This document shows positions 48,153 to 61,668 of a DNA stretch of 64,000 nt, piece by piece. The first letter of the stretch is position 1. Each line of letters begins with the position of its first letter. Under the pieces are notes generated by a model. It searched no databases. It saw nothing but the letters and a program-made list of their open reading frames with translations, and was not told the DNA's origin. Source of the stretch: the human T2T-CHM13v2.0 reference genome, Homo sapiens; NCBI RefSeq assembly GCF_009914755.1, contig NC_060937.1; one strand, written 5' to 3'. Both the position numbers and the translations under genes were made by a program.

Positions 48153-48347
48153 TGGGACCAAAAATTAATTTTAAAAGATAATATGTTGTATTAAATAAGT
48201 TCTAATCAGTGAAGGCAAGGCTGAAATAGCTCTACATTCAGACCAATATATTTTGAAGAATTGGGAATATGCACCATCAGTTAAACTTATCTTATAGTTT
48301 TAGTGAAGATCCAGAAACTTACACGCAGTGAGAAAGAATATGTTTAC

Positions 48348-48463
48348 CTGGAAAGGCAGGCTTTAGTAACAGCACTGTGAAGATTTTCATTAGGATACTG
48401 TGACAGCCGACGAGAAATTCGCAACAGTTGTCTGGTAGAAAGTGATGCCGCTAATGATTGTGC
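48348..48463 (-). CDS. VWA8: VWA8 coding exon, 116 nt: AQSLAASLSTRQLLRISRRLSQYPNENLHSAVTKACLS(R)
   Basis: Acceptor ttttgatag|GCA, donor CAG|gtaaac; STRQLLR is a MoxR-type sensor-2-like motif; locally CpG-retaining as coding DNA often is. Confidence 0.95.
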
Positions 48464-49091
48464 CTATCAAAAGACAAATACATTGTGTTAAGAGTCTTGT
48501 TTCAACTTGCTAAAGTCCCTTTAGATGGATATCACAGCAGAATTCATTATTACTGAAGGGGTAAGGCCAAACTTAAAGTATGTGCTGTTAATTAATTACA
48601 AATCAAAATAAACAGAAACCAATTTACACTTAAAACATCCTTGAAGATAGTTTTTAAAAAATCTAAAGTATTTATCAATTAAATTTAATTAATGTATTTT
48701 AATTGTGCTAAGTTGGAGATGGGAGGGGCAATGGGGGAAGGATGTTACATAACAAAGGTCACACTGGACTTAGGCTGTATGATTGACTGTTCACTTTTTC
48801 TCCTTACACAAAGCCAAGGTGTTAAGATACCACGGAAATGTTTAAAGCTTTAAGCAAATCGGTGGTTTCTAAAATAGCCAAAAAGAGTTGTAAACAATTT
48901 AGGCTGTTGGCCACAGAGGTGTCAACCAATTTGTCACTTGTGCTGCAGCTTGCTGTTTTGAATCCTTCCCCTATGCTGTCAGAATACTTTCACTTTGCTA
49001 TATTACATTTCCCAAAATTCCACGAATAGAGTTGCTAGTACAGAACTCAGGACATGGTCAGTACTCAATAAATATTTGTTGAAATTCTTTT

Positions 49092-49340
49092 GGCAGGCAG
49101 CATAACATAATGGTAAAGTTTATAGGCTTTTGAATCAGATAAGTCGGTATCCTATTTATTAGCTGTGTTACCTTGGCAAATTACTTAACCTTTCCAAGGC
49201 TCAGTTCCCTCAACTTTAAAATGGCAATAGTAATGCCCTCACCTTTAAGGTTGTTATGAAGGTTAAATTAGAAAATGATTCTAAAGTGCTTAGCACATGT
49301 CACACACATATGGGTGCTCAACGAATGGCAACAACTGTTA
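49092..49340 (+). mobile_element. MIR SINE, near full length
   Basis: 'ggcagcataacataatggtaaag...ttagctgtgttaccttggcaaattacttaacc...aaagtgcttagcaca'. Confidence 0.85.
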
Positions 49341-51264
49341 TTTAAAAATCAGCCTCTTCAAAATGAAAACAAAAAACCCAGCAGAGAAAGGTGATGGGAC
49401 CTACATATTAGCATATATTTAGTAAATGAGATTATTACTGGCCTAATTCCTAACTTAGATCAGCAGCATTAGAAGACAGTGATTATCACTGAAAACCACA
49501 GGACAGAAGCACTTTTGAAGCAACTGGACCTTTGGGAGGGCAAGGCAGGTCAGTATGAAATGTCACAGAGGGTGATAAGGGCAGTAAAGTGGCCCTGAGA
49601 ACTCAAGGGCCTAGAAAAGAGGACTCTATGAAATTAACAAAGGGTTCAGAATGGATGAGGGGAGAATGTCAAAGACACACTGCACATTTGCTTGTTTTAA
49701 TGTTCCACCTAAGGTCATCTCCGTATGTCCCAAAGAAGAAAAAAATAATTTATTTATCCTTCCTTGTGTATTTCACATCTCCATAAGATATTGGTTTGCT
49801 GTTAGTATTCTATCTCAGCTACAACATTAGTATTATATTTCCTTTGGGAATTAGGTTGGAAGCATGACCACCACATATCCTTTCTTCTATTAAAAAACAC
49901 ATTCTAAGTTTCAAAGAACTCAATTACAAGCAGACATTGGTCCATTCTTGTTTTCAATTAATTTGCATTCCAGATATGGAGACAATATTCAAATATAATA
50001 AATCATAAATTACAATTCAAAATAGTATATACTTCAATGCTAAAATAAGTGGAACAGTAGACAGCTGTTATAGGCAGTTAAAATATTCAAATGGGCATGA
50101 GAAATCCTCTCATCAAAGGCATGAAAGCAAAAGTAATGGAACCACAAGTAGAACATGAGGAAATGAGACCAGCTTTACTAGAAGGTCCTGCTGGAAGGCT
50201 TGCTCTCAAACAACAAAGACCTATGAATGACACTCTGACGGGTTTGGCTTTATTCTTAAAGGCACTAGGATTCTGCTATGTGTAAAGTCGTAACATGATT
50301 TTCAAATCAGGTTATTACTAGCCTACTTCCTAATTTAAATCAGCAGCAGCATAGAAAGTGGATGAAGGACAGAGAGAACTGAGACAGGAAACAGAAAGCT
50401 ACTTCAATAATCTGCCTATAAAAGGAAAAAGTCCTACAGTAAGGTTATGGCAACAAGAATGGAGAGGTAGGATACAACAAACTTGGCAACTGACTTGCTA
50501 TGAGAAAGAAACATGTATTGAGGATAAAATTCAGGCAATGTGACTGATATCAAAAGTCAAATATAACTCAGAAATTCCCATTTTTAATACCTAGGACCAT
50601 GAAAAATTCATATTTTAATCATAAAAAATATTTGACAAATGACTCTAACCAGAGGATTCTTATAAGAGTCCTGTTAAACCATAGGGTATAACATTCTAAT
50701 CTCATTCTAAGCATGACACTGAATTCAGGCTTCACATTTCATTCCAGTCATCAATAAGGAATGCTCATATATTTGAACACCAATTCTCCAGTTCTTCTAG
50801 TTGAAAGCACCAAAATGCTTTGCAGTAATAACCAGGGTTGAGAAAATGAGAGATAAGCTTTGTGTTGAGCCATTTAAGTGTTGAATAAAGGGTTTGGTAA
50901 TCTCTGCTCTCACATTATTATCAATTAAAAATTGAGAGTATACTTTAAAAATTCCTAATGTATTTAACATTTATATCAAATTTCTAACTGCAGTTTTATC
51001 TTGCAAAAAAAAAGGGGGGCGGTGAAGATATGAAGCACATTCCCCTAGTTACCATGGTTATACAGTTTAAGAGTACACCTCGAAGGGGTTGTTCATATTA
51101 ACATGATTAGTAATACTTCAGCTTAAAAACATAAAGGTTCTCATCAGAAATTATTAAACATTATTTTTCTATTCTTCATTTTTATAAAAGAATGAAAATG
51201 TAGCATGTTCTAAAGGAGAGAAAACTCTAGGGACAATCTGTTAATAAAATTTTAATTAATCAAT

Positions 51265-52345
51265 TTATTCATTAATTCACCAAAGATTTAAGTGTCTATT
51301 ATGTGCCAGGCCGCAGGCTGGGAAATGGGACTTAGTCTCAAGGAGCTCAAATAGCAACTGGGGAAATAAAAGTAAATTATAATACAACTGCAATAGGTCA
51401 ACAATATATAATACAACTTGCAAATATATGTCAAGTGTCATGAAAGCAGATTGGAGATATTAGTTACTGCTGCCTAAGGGGGCTGAGAGAGACTTAAGAG
51501 AAGAGAGAAACTAAGGGACAACTGGATGTAGGGAAAGCACATTCTAGGCATTATCTAAGGCAGAGACATTTGAGTATAAGCGGTATTAGAAAATAGCAAG
51601 AAGCTAAGTGTGGGAAGAGCTGAGGATGCTTCAAGAGAGTTTGTAGAAACTGAGGCCTGATGAGCAGCTTAGGGTCAGAGGGAACTCAGCAGGCATGTTT
51701 AGCAGGCTGTCTTCAGTCTACAGGCAAAGAGAGTCAATCCCTTAACGGTTTTAAACAAGGGGAAGAACTTAGGAAATGGATTTGGGAAAGATCATTCCAG
51801 GGACAATATGGAAGATTCATCCATCCATTTATTTAACAGATACTTGTGGAATACATTACTAATCTCTAACTTTGTTCTCTGTAGTATTGCCAACATTTGC
51901 AACTTTGCACAGTAGGAACACTGTGCAAATCAGGAATAGCTACTGTGCAAAGTTCCAGATGCTGGGGAGACTACAGGGAACAAAGAAAAAACCCCTGCAA
52001 TCCTGGAACTGAAATCCGAGAGAAGGAAGATAGACAACAAAAAATTAGTGAGTAAAACATACATTATGTCAAAGAGTAAGAAGCCCTATAAAGAATCTTA
52101 AAGCAGAAAGAGGGATAGAAATAAAATGGAATAGAAATTTGACTCTAGAGAGCTTCAGGAAGGCCTCACAGAAAAGGTGACCACCTGAGCAAATCCCAAA
52201 AAGGAAAGTGAGTAAACATGCAGCTATCCAGGGAAGAATAATCTAGGTAGAGGAAAACACCAAGTGGCAAAGGCCCTGAGGCAGGCACTAGTAAGTTCAA
52301 GGAAAAACAAAGACACCACTGTAGCTAAAAACAATGGGTAAAGGA
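51265..52345 (-). mobile_element. L2 fragments (two 3' ends)
   Basis: 'ttattcattaattcacc...tattatgtgccagg' and 'cattcatccatccatttatttaacaga...aaggccctgaggcagg'. Confidence 0.7.
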
Positions 52346-52410
52346 GAAAGTATTTGGAATGAGGCCCCAGAGGGGGATTAAGTATTTGGAATGAGGCCCC
52401 AGAGGGGACC

Positions 52411-52893
52411 TGTGACAGCCAGAAAGTGACCACCCTTATCCTCCCAAAAATCCACATCCTAATCTCTGGAAACTGTCAATGTTACTTTCTATGGCAAAAT
52501 TGACTTTGCAAATAAGATTAAGATAAGGATTTTGAGATGTGGAGATTATGTTGCACTATGTGTGTGGACCCTAAATGTAATCCTCCTTGTAGGAGGGAGA
52601 AAGAGGGAGATTTGACACAAACACAGGGGAGAAGGTAATGTAAAGATGAAGGCAGGATTGATATGGTGAGTCCACTAGTCAAGGAATGCTGGCAGCCACC
52701 AAAACCCAGAAGGGGCAAGGAATAGATTCTCCCCTGGAGCCTCCGATGGAGTGCAGCCTTGCTGACACTTTGATTCTGGCTCAGTCATACTGATTTCAGA
52801 CTTTTGTTGTCCAGACAAAGAAAAAATAAATTTCTATTATCTTAAGCCATCAATTTATGGTAACTTGTTACAATAGCAACAGGAAATTACTAG
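52411..52893 (+). mobile_element. MLT1C/D-like MaLR LTR
   Basis: 'ccacatcctaatctctggaa...aaggaatgctggcagccacc...ttgttacaatagcaacaggaaa'. Confidence 0.85.
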
Positions 52894-53820
52894 AGAGTCA
52901 TATGATGAATGAATTATTGGTAAAGAAGGCAGTCAAGAGGATATAATATTCCAGGAGAAAGATTATGAAATCCACTACTAGGACAGTTACTGACAATAGA
53001 TAAGAGAACAGATGAGACATCAAGATGCTTAACTGGTGAGATTTGTTTTCAGATTAAGTAAAGACAGCAGGAAAGCAAGGAATCAACAATGATGTCTAGG
53101 TTTCTAATTTAGGTAATTTGGCAGCTAGATTATCAACAAAGTCAAGAAATTAAATCAAGAATAGGAACAGATTTAAAATGGAAAGACAGTTTAGTTGTAC
53201 AAGATATGTGAATTTACAATGATCTCGGTGTATCCAGGGGGAAAGTGAAAGAAATTAACATTTAGTAAGCAGTTACTAAGAAGGAGATTCTTTACACACA
53301 TTTTTATGTTTAATCATTGAGACCATTTTATGCGGTAGATGGTACTGTTCCCGTTCCCATTTTACAGATGAGAACACTGAGACTTACAGAGTTAAACAGT
53401 GACAGCCCTCTATCTTTCTAACATGCCATCTGGGAATGGAAATACAAGTCAATCAGAAATGAGAAGTTAGAAGCTGAACATAAAGATGTAGGCATTAACT
53501 TGTGATAGGTACTTGAAGCCATAAGAATAGATAACACTGCTCAGCATAGGAGACAGAGGGGACAGAGCAGAACCCCCATGAACATGAAGTACTCTGGAGC
53601 TACAAGTTTCTTTCTATAACATCAGCGAGGAGGAGCTGGAAGAGATGTTAAAATCACTGAAATCGGAGTAAACCATATGCATAGAACAAAGGCATAGCAT
53701 AAGGGATTCCAAAAAATAAAATACCAGCTTAAAAAATAGATTTTAAGTACTGAATTCTAAGAAAAGAAAACCAGCAGCATGTCAACAATAGAAAATCCTG
53801 TGGAAAAAGCCTAGACTTAC

Positions 53821-53898
53821 CGTTGGATCCTGTGTTTCTCTGAGTTTGTGTGTAAATGATAATAACTTATCCAGAGCTTCCTGAGGTACATTTGGGAC
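53821..53898 (-). CDS. VWA8: VWA8 coding exon, 78 nt: VPNVPQEALDKLLSFTHKLRETQDPT
   Basis: Acceptor aaatag|GTC, donor ACG|gtaagt; phase 0-0, in frame with both neighbours. Confidence 0.93.
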
Positions 53899-55080
53899 CT
53901 ATTTTTTGAAAGAGTTGAGGACAAACAGAAGGAATAAATCGGGATATCTGATCAATCAATCAGAAATTATGACTACTTAGCAAATAATATTAGAATTACA
54001 TTTTTAGAAAAGTCATTCATTGTTGGCTAAATGTTTAACTTATGGATAAAGTTGCTTATTCAACCTCTTAGGAAACACTGAAACCCCTGCTTTCTCTTTA
54101 AGAATCAGGTAACTTAAACCAAGACACTCTTCTCCATATACAATTCTATCACCACGATAAAACTGAAGGGAGCCTTTAACTCAATTTAAAACTGGCCCAT
54201 AGTGTACCCATAAAGAACTTTTCATGTATCATCATTTCCTATTTTGTTAGCTTCAGCATGACATTTTAAGTACTAATTAGGTGTTGTCTTACTGAAACCA
54301 AGTTCCCTTATTTAGCAGCAATCTTACATACATATCTAAGTGACATAAGGTACATTTATTTACAGAATGGATACTTAAGGTGTCCATTTTTCCAAAAACA
54401 TGTAAAACACATATTTGAGGGGTATGATCAACATATCAATGAACTCGGAAGAGCAATTGCCCAAATAACACATATCGATTGCTTTTAACTATAACAAACT
54501 TCAATTAAGTACTTAATTAAGCTATAAGCAATTTTTGTTTAAGCAATAACAAATTTAAGGTTTTAATTTTAAAAGATCAAAAAAAGATACTAAAACAATG
54601 ACTAGGACAGTGTCACAATTTTAGAAGAATACTGCTTAGGGTTTCATTGGTCATTTAAGTAATTAGAATTTTTTTAAATGCTAAGTCCTAGTCCACATAT
54701 ACTTTGTTTCATTTATTCTTTAAATCAATCCTATGATGTAATAAATAGTATTATCCCCATTTTTAGATGAGGAAACTATGACTGAGTAATTTACTCAAGA
54801 TCTGGAAGCTAATAAGTAGTGGATTTCACATTGAGAGCCAAGTCATTAAACTCTAAAACCTATGCCTTTATTTACAACCATGCTTACAAGACCTACAATT
54901 AATAAGTTCATTCAGATGTTTCAAAGGGAATAAATGTATTTAAATAGAAAGTTAATAATTAGTGATCTAGAACAGTACTGTCCAATAGAACCTTCTATGA
55001 TGATGAGCATTGTATATATGCTGTTTAATGTGGTAGCCAAAAGCTCCCATGTGGATACTGAGTACTTGAAAAGTGACTGA

Positions 55081-55385
<305 letters not shown>

Positions 55386-55410
55386 GAATTTTTAAAAAAT
55401 TAATTTAACA

Positions 55411-55710
55411 TGGTCAGGTGTGGTGGCTCATGCCTGTAATCCCAGCACTTTGGGAGGCCAAGGGGGGGTGGATCAATTGAGGCCAGGAGTTCAAGACCAG
55501 CCTGGCCAACATGGTGAAACCCCGTCTCTACTAAAAATAGAAAAATTAGCCAGGTGTGGTGGTGCGCACCTGTAGTCTCAGCTACTTGAGAGGCTGAGGC
55601 AGGAGTCTTGAACCCAGGAAGCAGAAGTTTCAGTGAGCCGAGATCACACCACTCCAGCGTGGGCAATAGAGCAAGACTTAGTTTCAAACAAATAATAATA
55701 ATAATAGTAA
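55411..55710 (+). mobile_element. AluS-like
   Basis: Forward Alu with (AAT)n tail; TSD taatttaacat. Confidence 0.9.
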
Positions 55711-56011
55711 TAATTTAACATGGCTAGTGCTACTGCATTGAAGCGTGCAGTTCTAAAACTCCAAAAGTGCTAACCACAATGCTTAAGGCACACATTAAAA
55801 CAATGGATCACACACACTAGTTGTCATCAAAGGACTAATCAGGCAAGTACAGGATATGTTACAGTCTTGAGAGACCAGGACTACTTACTATTTACGTGTC
55901 TGGCCTCCTTTTATAGTAGGAACTTAAAATAGTCACTTTTCACTAAACAGAAAAATAAAAAGGATTCGAAAATGGCCTCCACCTGAGGAAAGAGGAGAGA
56001 CAGGCCACATT

Positions 56012-56198
56012 CATGGTTCTTAGAGTGTGGTTCCCAGACCAGCAGCATCAGTATCACCTGAGAACTTGTTAGAAATACAAATTTTAATATAGCATCCCAG
56101 ATCTACTAGCTCAAAAACTATGGAGATGGAGCCCAGAAACCTGTTTTACCAAGTCCTCCAGATGATGCTGAAAAATGTGAAAGTTTAAGATCCACTGA
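56012..56198. mobile_element. MER5A hAT-Charlie element
   Basis: 'ggttcttagagtgtggttcccagaccagcagcatcagtatcacctgagaacttgttagaaat...aagtttaagatccactg'. Confidence 0.85.
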
Positions 56199-56340
56199 CC
56201 TTCACCACTGTATGAAGAAATTTGGGAGTAAATGGGAAGAAAAAACTAAAAATGTCTAACTCTACTTTGGCATGTATCAGAGTGCCTTAAAAAGAGATCA
56301 GCTTTTTAAGAAAATAGACTAAGATTGGCTTTCTTCTTAC

Positions 56341-56509
56341 CTTTTCCTTAATCACTTGGATTTCTTCACTTTTCACAAGTGGTTTCATGTAATGGAAAAA
56401 GAACATGGTTAAGAATTCTGGTCCCAGCCACTGGTGTGCTGTGCTTCCAATAACAGGGGGTTCTGCCAAGGCAATGATTCTGAAGGAGGGATGGATAGGA
56501 AAAATGGAT
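56341..56509 (-). CDS. VWA8: VWA8 coding exon, 169 nt: (R)SIFPIHPSFRIIALAEPPVIGSTAHQWLGPEFLTMFFFHYMKPLVKSEEIQVIKEK
   Basis: Acceptor tcctattttag|ATCC, donor AAG|gtaaga; open frame; IHPSFRIIALA resembles the MoxR/midasin-type 'HPxFRxIA' AAA+ segment. Confidence 0.95.
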
Positions 56510-58944
56510 CTAAAATAGGAAAAAAAATGAAAAAAAATAACATATCTTTCATGTAAGAAATCAGATCATGGTAACTAAAGTCTAGGCAACGTTAGGGCTA
56601 TCATACTGTTAATAATGTCAATGTTATCATCCAAAGGATTAGCTTTGAAAAAAACAAAGTCAGGACATTCTAAGAACCTAAGATCAAAACAAACAATCAC
56701 CTACTACCACTGCTAGTAAATGCTGTACAATAACCACTCATGAAACTCCAGCCCTGACACGAACCACTGCTTTTGATATACTGTTATGCCTACAACATAT
56801 TTTCTCCATAATGTCTTGAAATAAAATCCCATCCAGTTCACATTCATTATATAGACCATCTTTATTCATTTAAAACCCCTCAGAATCTCCTGTCTCACAA
56901 GGAACCCACTCTATGTCAATCAAAAAGACCAAGAGGCACAATTCAGGATAAGGAGACTTTACAGTACAGAAAATGTAAGAAACATAAAGGGTTAGATTGA
57001 ATTTAAAATTTAGATTGGGAATAAGAACACTTAAGTCTTAAAAAGGCAGAGAAAATAAAACCTTTATAGAATGCATTCTTTGGTCATTCTTATAGGAAAT
57101 GTTATGATTTTAAAGTGATCTCTCTTAAAACTCTCTGGTAGGGAAACTGAGGAAGCATGTAAATTTTCTAGTACACACAGAGGAGTAAGATAAGACTTCC
57201 TTTGGTTTGTGAAATGACTTGAATTATTTTTGGAAAACCTAGAAACCCTGTATCAGAATCTTAATCATGTGGATAATATTGTCCATTTTTATCAATTCTA
57301 CTAAAAAACCCAGCAGAAATATGCTTTTTGAGGGTAATATAGTTCTTGCTAAGAGAAAGGAGAGATAAAACATAAACACTTGCCAAGAGCTTCAGAAAAA
57401 CAAAAATATAGGTACATAACTGCCATTTCACCATTAACTATAACATTATATTACAACCCAAAAGTTAAGTGACTAAGCAACTAGAATACCAGGAGGTAGG
57501 ACACAAGTGGAAAGAATCAGATGAGTACTCTGAAGAGTTAAGACCAAGTGCCATCAATACAACAGGCAGGTCTACCAAGTCCCTGACGGCATGATCTGTA
57601 ATTTTAAAGGCCACATCATCATTTGAAAACAAGGGGAAACCAATTTTTAGAAACTGGTCACATGAAAGGCCTAGATGAAATGAATTCACAAATACTACCA
57701 GATGTCATTTCATTTCTCTAGGTAGAAAGAAAAAGACTTATTTGCAGGTGTTTTAGCAGGGCCTGGGGGAGTGATCTGTCCAAGAGTTGTTCTGGAAAAA
57801 GAGGGAAGGATAACAACATGGACAGTGCCTGAAAGTCCAGAGGATAGCACAATTACTTAAGATTGCTAGTAATTAGATAGCCACGTGACAGAAACTGGAC
57901 ACAGAAAATCCTGTGAGGGAAAGCCAAAGAGGGAGGTTATTCCATTTTCCACTTCTGCTAAGTGGTTTGCTATAATCCAGAAAACTGCCATAAAGCCCAG
58001 CAACAGATGTTGGATGTATCCTTGATCCTCTTCTCTCCTAGTTAGGACAAAAAAAGGTAGGAGAGAAAGAGCCTGGTTTGGCTACCCAAAATTAAAGCTG
58101 CAGATGTAGTTTCTCACTTAAGATAGTGAAGGATACCAAATCAGGGAATAAACAAAGTCAAAATACAACAGGCAAGCCAAAAGGGGAAGTCTAATTTATA
58201 TCCTTAAACCAGTAGATCAGGAAGCCAGGTACCACAGTGGAGCTGTAAAATTAGAACTAAAAGAACAACTAAAATGAGAGCATGCTAAATGGTTTACATT
58301 TAAAGGTGATGATAATTTACTGGCCCATATATTGTCAATAGTTTGCTTTTTAGTATTGACTCCAGCAGCGTTCTTAAGTAAGCTGGCCAAATTTGAAGAA
58401 GGCAGTTTCTAAGACAGCTGATATGTTAGGCAGAGAAATGTATAATGATTATAAAAACAGTCACCGAACTACTGAATAACAGGATGAGAAGGGCCTTTTT
58501 GTTTGCTAGGTTCTCCCTAAAGGCTTCCTTACATACAAATAGGTTACATGGGAAGTCATTTCCTGATGATGCTAGCTAGGTTCCACAAGCCAGAAAGTTA
58601 GAGAGCAGAGGATCTGCTGTGTACTTAAGGTGATCTGATAAACTGGTGGGTAATACAAAGACCAAAGAAGTGATAGATAATGAAAAAATTATGAGATAAG
58701 TGCCATTAAAATTTAAAATTAAGGTTAGGTTTAATTTTACTAAAATTTTAGCAACAAGAAAAAAATAAATGAAACTACAGATACGGCTTAATTTCAGACA
58801 AAAAGATATTATTTCCTAAAGATTACAGATTTAGAGAGCAAAAAGATCATTTAAAACAATTTTTAAAATAAAAATATTGAAGTCACTATGTTTGTCTGTG
58901 GGCATAAGTGTGAGTTTTTATAAAGTACTTTCTGATGCTTCTCA

Positions 58945-59315
58945 CCAGTAAAAAGGAACAAACTATCAATGTACGTAACAACATGGATGATCTCAAAACA
59001 CTTAAGCTATGTGAAAGAAGCCAGACAAAAAAGAGCACACACTGTGTGATTCCGTTTATATAAAACTCTAGAAAATATGAGCTCTATATAATGACCAGAA
59101 GCAGAGCCCTGGGGATGAGAGAGGAGGGTAAAAGGTGCAGGAGTTGGGGATGTCAACGGGTCTGAGGATACTTTGAGGATTATAGATAGATTCATTATCT
59201 TGATATTGGTGATGGTTTCATGGGTATTTATAAATATTAAAAATTATCAAACTGTGCATTTTAAATATGCATAGTTTATTATATGTCAATCATACCTCAA
59301 CAGAGCTTTTAATAA
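58945..59315 (+). mobile_element. L1ME/MC-type 3' UTR fragment
   Basis: 'aacatggatgatctcaaaa...gaaagaagccagac...tatcttgatattggtgatggtttcatggg...tcaatcatacctcaa'. Confidence 0.8.
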
Positions 59316-59863
59316 AACAAAAAAAGACTTCAAAAATCTCCAGTTTTTAAAGGGAATCCTATGGTACATTTTCATTGAATTTGTACATTGGGGAACTTGA
59401 AAGAATAATATGGAAGGATTCTATAAATACATCAATCATGAGCTAGAACAGATTTCATCATTAGTTTTCCATACTACAATACTAATGTTCCAATTTAGAA
59501 CCCAGAGTTATACAGTTCTGTACACAGACCATATTTCCCCTTTTTCCTATGCAGTGTAGCAAACTGCATGAACACATTCCTTATGCATCTTTTTATCACC
59601 CAGGGTCTAGTGTAATACTTGGGGAAGAAAGCAGACGCTAAATAAGTAAGTGTATACGGCTATTGTTAATGACCATCATTGCTATTAACTTTTTGAAGAT
59701 CTTTGGTGGGAAGGACAAACAAAGGTAAGTAATAAGAACTGAACTTATGGTGTCCCAGCCAAAAGCTAGTCAAACTTGGTCCTGAATAAATATGTAAGAA
59801 GAGGTACACTCTCTGAATCAAAAAGACAAACTCAAAACATACAATAATAAATGATTACATCAC

Positions 59864-60102
59864 TTATAAAGTACTTTCTGATGCTTCTCACCAGTAAAAG
59901 GGAACAAACTATCAATGTACATAACAACATGGATGATCTCAAAACACTTAAGCTATGTGAAAGAAACCAGACAAAAAAGAGCACACACTATGTGATTCCA
60001 TTTATATAAAACTCTAGAAAATATGAGCTCTATATAATGACCAGAAGCAGAACCCTGGGGATGAGAGAGGAGGGTAAAAGGGGCAGGAGTCGGGGATGAC
60101 AA
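59864..60102 (+). repeat. 239-bp direct duplicate of 58918-59156
   Basis: Ungapped manual alignment, 9 mismatches, offset 946 bp. Confidence 0.95.
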
Positions 60103-61668
60103 GGCAAAGGGTTTCAAATGGTTCCTTGACCATAAAAATGTTCAGAAAAAATTATTTTCAAAATCAGAATTTCCTTAAGGCTTTTTGTTTTGAAAATCAA
60201 ACACAAAGACTTGGGCATAAAATCCTGGATCTATCTAGAATTTTTTTAAAAAATTTATATGGTCTGATTTGCTTGCAAAGAAATACCAAGATTTCTAGGA
60301 AGCTAGGAGATAGTGCTTGGATCCTGTCTTCAAATACGGGTAAGAGTTAAAGGGTTGAGATAATATAACCGATCAAGGATTGTGCTCAAATGTCCAGTTA
60401 TGTTCACCGCTAAGATTGAGAGATTATAAACTGTTTTCAGTGTTCAATAGCAACAAATATAAATAAAATATTTAATAAAAAATGCAAAAACACTGGAGCA
60501 TATATAAGTACATCTAAGACTAGGCCACTAATCTTTATTGTTTCCCCAAGATAACCAGAAGCCCTTTCTTGGCAATATAAACTGTTAATAACAGAAACTC
60601 TCAACTCCCTCATTTATGGTCTGGCCAACAGCAGGAAAAGACATATTTAGCATCCTATAGTATTTATACTCCCCCTTTCCCTAAAGAAGTTTTTCTCATC
60701 AAAGGAAGGAGTTCTATTTTGGTCTCTATTTCCTGAGGGAAATACAGGCATAGTATCTGGTGTATGTGGCCATCACACTATTTCTAACCACCACGTCCAC
60801 AGCATTCCTGGTGTCTTGTAATATGAGAAAAGAAGACTCCAACCCTTCTAAGGGTATGTTAGGCATGTGATTACCTGCAGAGAATATAAAAGCCTGTAGA
60901 GCACTCCGGAGATCATCGAGATGTATAGTCTTGGTGAAGAATTACTATACAATGAAGGTTGGCAAAGAAGCCAAATATAATTGTTTAGAAACCGGGTTTC
61001 ACACTATAAAGTTGAAAGGGTTGGTAGCCCACTGCTAGAAGCTGTTAATTATGAGACCCTCAGTTAATAGACTTTGTCATTAAAAGGCATCAAAGTATTC
61101 CTAATTACTAGGTTCACATAAGGAAACACTGCTAGCTCAGAAGGTCAACTAAAACTGGATTAATAGAGTTACCCTTACCTGAGTTTCCTCTCTGAAAGCA
61201 GGACAGGTATCTAAATTTACCAACTGGGTCTAGAAGCAAAGAAGCTCTTAAATCTGTCTTGGTCTTGGAAAGGGCTAGAGGAATGTCAGAGAAGGTTTCA
61301 CAGAGGACATCACTTTTGAAGGAATAGCAGAAGTTTGCTGTGCTGGTCCTGAGAGGTGAAAGATGAGGCTGGCAAGGCAGGCATGTGTAGATACTGGCCC
61401 TAAACACTGTAGGCGATGGAAACCACTGAAGGACTTAAACAGTGATGTGATCAAATTTACAGATTAGACACTTTAAACTTCTAGCCTATGTGTGCGGAGA
61501 GGAAGGGGTTTCATTCACTAACTTAAGGTAACTTAAGAGGAATAGCAGGTTTGTAGAAATGAGTTCAAAGTTTCTCTAAGACACCTAAGGAGAGATATCT
61601 AGTAGTCAGATGGCACTTAGGAGACAAAACTAGATTGGAAAGTGGTTTTAAAGAATGCTCAGTATATT

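Noticed and set aside
52348-52407. Direct repeats as a CRISPR-like array
   Set aside because: Only two units, 4-bp spacer, primate intron, no cas genes; a simple tandem duplication.
58918-60102. Five G/A differences in one direction between the duplicate copies, suggesting APOBEC or ADAR editing
   Set aside because: Contexts are not TC/CC, two are CpG sites, and the recalled L1 consensus puts the ancestral base in different copies; ordinary transitions suffice.
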